Source: Candidatus Woesearchaeota archaeon
Lineage (GTDB): Archaea; Nanobdellota; Nanobdellia; Woesearchaeales; GW2011-AR15
Length of the DNA stretch: 64,000 nucleotides
NCBI GenBank assembly: GCA_038874655.1
Contig: JAVZBY010000002.1
Span: forward strand, 210,044-274,043
Reading direction: 5' to 3'
Under the pieces are notes generated by a model, which saw only the letters and a list, made by a program, of their open reading frames with translations, was not told the origin of the DNA and searched no databases. The position numbers and the translations under genes are program-made. Positions 60,806 through 64,000 of the stretch are shown here, in pieces. Position 1 is the first letter of the stretch. Every line of letters begins with the position of its first letter.

Positions 60806-61153
60806 TTAAAAAAGTATTAAATTAATTCCTATTAAACTCAATCCAAATAAAAAAACGAATAGATAAAATATTGCTAAAAATAATAATTGCAAAAGCCAAA
60901 CTAAAAATGCCTTATACCATTTTAATCTAAAAATCTCATGATAAAGCCAAATAGTTATCAAAAAAGATAAAAAACTACCAAATAATTTGAATTTCAGATT
61001 AATTGCTGAAACTATAATACCTATCATAAAAGAAACAAACATAGCTTTTAAAAATGTGATTTTTCCTTTCATTAATTTAACTGAGTAGTATAAAGGTAAA
61101 GAGCTAAGTAAAAATAAAAAAATTATTAATAAAATTTTCATTACAATAATCAT
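60806..61153 (-). CDS. Small multi-TM membrane protein
   Basis: Four hydrophobic segments. Confidence 0.65.
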   Translation of the reverse strand: MIIVMKILLIIFLFLLSSLPLYYSVKLMKGKITFLKAMFVSFMIGIIVSAINLKFKLFGSFLSFLITIWLYHEIFRLKWYKAFLVWLLQLLFLAIFYLFVFLFGLSLIGINLILF

Positions 61154-61331
61154 AGTAAGGAAAAAGTTTTTATAGTATATAAAATTATTCCATTCTAAAA
61201 AAATTTTTTAAAAATAAATTTAAATAAACTTTTAATAGTAAAATAGTAAAAAATTAGATAAAAACTATAATTAAATAAAAAAGAGAAAACTTAAATGTTT
61301 TATTAGTTAACTTATTAGTCAAGGTGAAAAT

Positions 61332-62348
61332 ATGCCAATACATAAAGATCAAAGAGTAGGTGTTTTTGTAGATATACAAAATATGTACTATAGTGCTAAA
61401 CAATTCTATAATTCAAAGGTAAATTTTGGGCACATTTTAAATAAAGCAGTTGCAGGTAGAAAATTAATTAGAGCTATAGCTTATGTCATAAAAGCAGACA
61501 TAAAAGAAGAGGAAAACTTTTTTGAAGCACTAGAAAAATTAGGTTATGAAGTAAAAAGCAAAGATTTACAAGTTTTTTTTGGTGGAGCAAAAAAAGGTGA
61601 CTGGGATGTGGGGATTGCAATGGATATAATGAGAATGGCTTCAAAATTAGATGTTGTTGTTTTAGTTTCTGGAGATGGTGATTTTAAAGATTTAATTGAA
61701 CATGTGAAAGCATTAGGCTGTAGAGCAGAAGTAATTGCTTTTGGAAAAACAGCATCCTCAAGAATTATCTCACAGGCAGATGAATTTATTGATTTAGATA
61801 GAGACCTAGATAGAGTTTTGATAAAAGACAAATTTTATGAGCAAAAACAAATAAGAAAAGAAATAAAACAAATAGCAGATGATAAAAAAGAAAAATTTTC
61901 AAAAGAGAAATCATTTAAACAACCTTTATTAACAAAAAAAGAATATAAAGAAAAGCATTCTCACTATAATGAAAATAATGAGCAAGATAAAATTTCATTT
62001 TTACAAAAAATTAATATGGAACAACCTATTTTAAAAACCGAATACCCTGAAGAAAAAAAAGGACTAGAAGAAAAAGAAACTCTCTCAAAAAAACCAATTC
62101 AAAAGGAAAATTTAGAAACAAAGAAATTTGAATTTGTTGAACCAAAAAGAGAGATAAAATTTGAATTTGTTGAACCAGAGAAAGAAGAAAAAAAAATTTG
62201 TGATAAATCCAATATAGAAAAAGTTGATGAAAAAAAAGAAATAAAGAAAAAAGACAAATCAAAAGAAGAAAAAAACATAAAAGAAAGCAAAAAAAAGAAA
62301 AAAGGAATTTTAGATAATGTTTTTTCAAAAATAAGCAAAAAAAATTAG
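61332..62348 (+). CDS. NYN domain (LabA/DUF88) protein with charged C-terminal tail
   Basis: VFVDIQN, KGDWDVGIAMD and VSGDGDF motifs. Confidence 0.92.
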   Translation: MPIHKDQRVGVFVDIQNMYYSAKQFYNSKVNFGHILNKAVAGRKLIRAIAYVIKADIKEEENFFEALEKLGYEVKSKDLQVFFGGAKKGDWDVGIAMDIMRMASKLDVVVLVSGDGDFKDLIEHVKALGCRAEVIAFGKTASSRIISQADEFIDLDRDLDRVLIKDKFYEQKQIRKEIKQIADDKKEKFSKEKSFKQPLLTKKEYKEKHSHYNENNEQDKISFLQKINMEQPILKTEYPEEKKGLEEKETLSKKPIQKENLETKKFEFVEPKREIKFEFVEPEKEEKKICDKSNIEKVDEKKEIKKKDKSKEEKNIKESKKKKKGILDNVFSKISKKN

Positions 62349-62409
62349 TTTTTTAATTTTATATCTTTTATAATATAATAATTAAATTATAAAAGTTGGA
62401 GGTAAAAAA

Positions 62410-62655
62410 ATGGTTAGATATAAAATAATATTTGACAGAGAAAATTGTATTGGAGCTGGAGCATGTGCAGCAATGGCACCAGAATTTTTTAAAATGGTTT
62501 CTGATGGAAAAGCAGAATTAATAGGCGGAAAAGATATAGGCGATGGTAAATTTGAACTAGAAACAGAAGCAAATGACAATCTTATAGAAGCAGCCAAGGC
62601 ATGCCCTGTTTTAGTTATAAAAATAAAAAATGATGAAGGAAAAGATTTGGTTTAA
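62410..62655 (+). CDS. Monocluster ferredoxin, probably [3Fe-4S]
   Basis: CIGAGAC...AAKACP motif; GGAGG RBS. Confidence 0.9.
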   Translation: MVRYKIIFDRENCIGAGACAAMAPEFFKMVSDGKAELIGGKDIGDGKFELETEANDNLIEAAKACPVLVIKIKNDEGKDLV

Positions 62656-62774
62656 TCCTAATTTTTTAATAATCCTAATTTTTTAACATAATTTATGATT
62701 TTTTTATTTTATTCTTTTTTTAATTTTTAAAAATTGCATAAGATTTAAATATAAAAAAATTAGATTTTATATTT

Positions 62775-62987
62775 ATGAGAATATACATAAAAGCAAAAGA
62801 TAATATTCCTTCAGATTGTCCATATGAAAGAACTATGATGAGCTCTGTTGATTTAAAAAACATATTTTTTAAACCATTTCAAAACACAGACGGAACAATA
62901 ATGTGTAATAATTGTGGTAGGATAATAGGTTGGAGTAAAAAAAGAATAGATAATGCAACAATCAGAGATGATAATGTATGTCCATAG
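62775..62987 (+). CDS. Small Cys-containing protein
   Basis: CNNCG and CP motifs; TTTAAATATA 31 nt upstream. Confidence 0.55.
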   Translation: MRIYIKAKDNIPSDCPYERTMMSSVDLKNIFFKPFQNTDGTIMCNNCGRIIGWSKKRIDNATIRDDNVCP

Positions 62988-63136
62988 ACAAATCAAAAGA
63001 AAAAGAGATGGTTATAAAATCAACTTTATATCCGTATAGTAAATGTTTAAACTGTGTTGTTAAAGCAGAAAAAAATTTCTTAATTAATAGATGGTGTAAT
63101 TTCTGTAATCAAGAAAGTAGAGTTTATGAAAGATAA
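62978..63136 (+). CDS. 52-aa zinc-finger microprotein (not in the ORF track)
   Basis: MSIDKSKEKEMVIKSTLYPYSKCLNCVVKAEKNFLINRWCNFCNQESRVYER has two CxxC motifs and overlaps the upstream stop. Confidence 0.55.
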   Translation: MSIDKSKEKEMVIKSTLYPYSKCLNCVVKAEKNFLINRWCNFCNQESRVYER

Positions 63137-63181
63137 TATTAGTATTTTTAATTTTAAAAAGTAGGTTATTAAAATCCTATT

Positions 63182-63223
63182 TAAATTCTAAATTTATATA
63201 AATAAATTCTAAATTTATATAAA
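63182..63223. repeat. Perfect 21-bp tandem duplication in the nth promoter
   Basis: taaattctaaatttatataaa repeated twice. Confidence 0.85.
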
Positions 63224-63245
63224 GCCAATTTTTTTCTTAAACAAT

Positions 63246-63872
63246 ATGGATAAAAAAGTTAGAGATATTTTTTTATTATTAAAAAAGAATTATCCCTATG
63301 CAAAAATCTCATTAAATTATTCTAATGAATTAGAATTATTAATAGCAGTAATATTATCAGCACAATGCACAGACGAAAGAGTAAATAAAATTACAAAAGA
63401 ATTATTTAAAAAATACAAAACAGCAAAGGATTATGCAGAAGCAGACATAAATGAGTTAAAACAATACATAAAAAGTGCAGGTTTCTATAATTCAAAAGCA
63501 AAATACATAAAAGAAACCTGTAAAATAATATTGGAAAAACATAATGGAAAAGTTCCAAATACAATGCAAGAATTATTAAAATTGCCTGGAGTAGCTAGAA
63601 AAACAGCAAACATAGTTTTATCAAATGGATTTAACAAAAATGAAGGAATTGCTGTAGATACACATGTTAGAAGATTATCATATAGATTAGGTTTAACAAA
63701 AAACAAACAACCAGAAAAAATTGAAAAAGATTTGATGAAAATTTTTCCTAAAAATGAATGGAATACAATAACTTATTATTTAATAGAGCATGGTAGAAAA
63801 ATTTGTAAAGCAAGAAAACCTAAATGTAAAGAATGTTTTTTAAATCATATATGTCCTAAACGAATTATTTAA
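63246..63872 (+). CDS. nth: Endonuclease III
   Basis: ILSAQCTD, LPGVARKTA HhH, VDTHV and CKARKPKCKECFLNHIC Fe-S motif. Confidence 0.97.
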   Translation: MDKKVRDIFLLLKKNYPYAKISLNYSNELELLIAVILSAQCTDERVNKITKELFKKYKTAKDYAEADINELKQYIKSAGFYNSKAKYIKETCKIILEKHNGKVPNTMQELLKLPGVARKTANIVLSNGFNKNEGIAVDTHVRRLSYRLGLTKNKQPEKIEKDLMKIFPKNEWNTITYYLIEHGRKICKARKPKCKECFLNHICPKRII

Positions 63873-63913
63873 TTCTTATAATGCTTATTTAAATAACTTT
63901 TAAATATAACCTT

Positions 63914-64000
63914 TTAATCAATCTTCTCAACTGCCATATTTTGTGCTAAAATATAATTTTCAGCTAACAATCCCCAATCAGCAGTATCAGCCAATCTTTT
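63914..64000 (-). CDS. C-terminal fragment, possibly a GT3-type glycogen synthase
   Basis: KRLADTADWGLLAENYILAQNMAVEKID* resembles the RLSxxxDWxxLxxYYxxA tail of GT3 synthases; only 28 aa visible. Confidence 0.45.
   Translation of the reverse strand, partial: KRLADTADWGLLAENYILAQNMAVEKID

Noticed and set aside
724-63706. Many short antisense or nested ORFs (e.g. 724-1002, 24539-25642, 33459-33920, 62026-62338)
   Set aside because: F/L/S-rich shadows of A-rich genes on the opposite strand or in another frame, with no motifs.
1-64000. CRISPR array, rRNA genes or IS transposases
   Set aside because: No regularly spaced repeats with unique spacers, no long GC-rich structural RNA and no transposase motifs were seen.

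Overview
A very AT-rich, gene-dense archaeal chromosome segment. Its gene set points to a DPANN archaeon, probably Woesearchaeales/Nanobdellota; this assignment is an inference. The set includes an S-layer gene, the Pop5-psmA-SBDS-rrp4-rrp41-rrp42 superoperon, rpoK, archaeal-type proS and pheS/pheT, PAC2, TATA promoters and intron-containing tRNAs. Four tRNAs were read by eye: Ser-GCT and Leu-TAG (both with introns), Pro-CGG and initiator Met. The most striking region is an island of orphan genes at 49.5-58.1 kb, four of its five products predicted secreted or membrane-anchored and four of the genes preceded by their own archaeal TATA box. It encodes a fusion of an M23 peptidase with a lambda-lysozyme/SLT-like domain, i.e. 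a predicted peptidoglycan hydrolase in an organism that lacks peptidoglycan. It also encodes a NAGPA-like protein with a Chloroflexota-style YLPxV motif, and Pro/Thr-stalk proteins. Together these suggest an apparatus for attacking or parasitising bacteria. Other notable items: a full-length bifunctional-type RelA/SpoT; two paralogous nucleotidyltransferase-HEPN proteins, only one with an intact RxxxxH motif; a frameshifted Fic gene; a degenerate tyrosine recombinase between two tRNAs; a miniature att-flanked remnant at tRNA-Ser; and three tandem paralogous hypothetical genes. All calls come from motif recognition by eye; no database searches were run.
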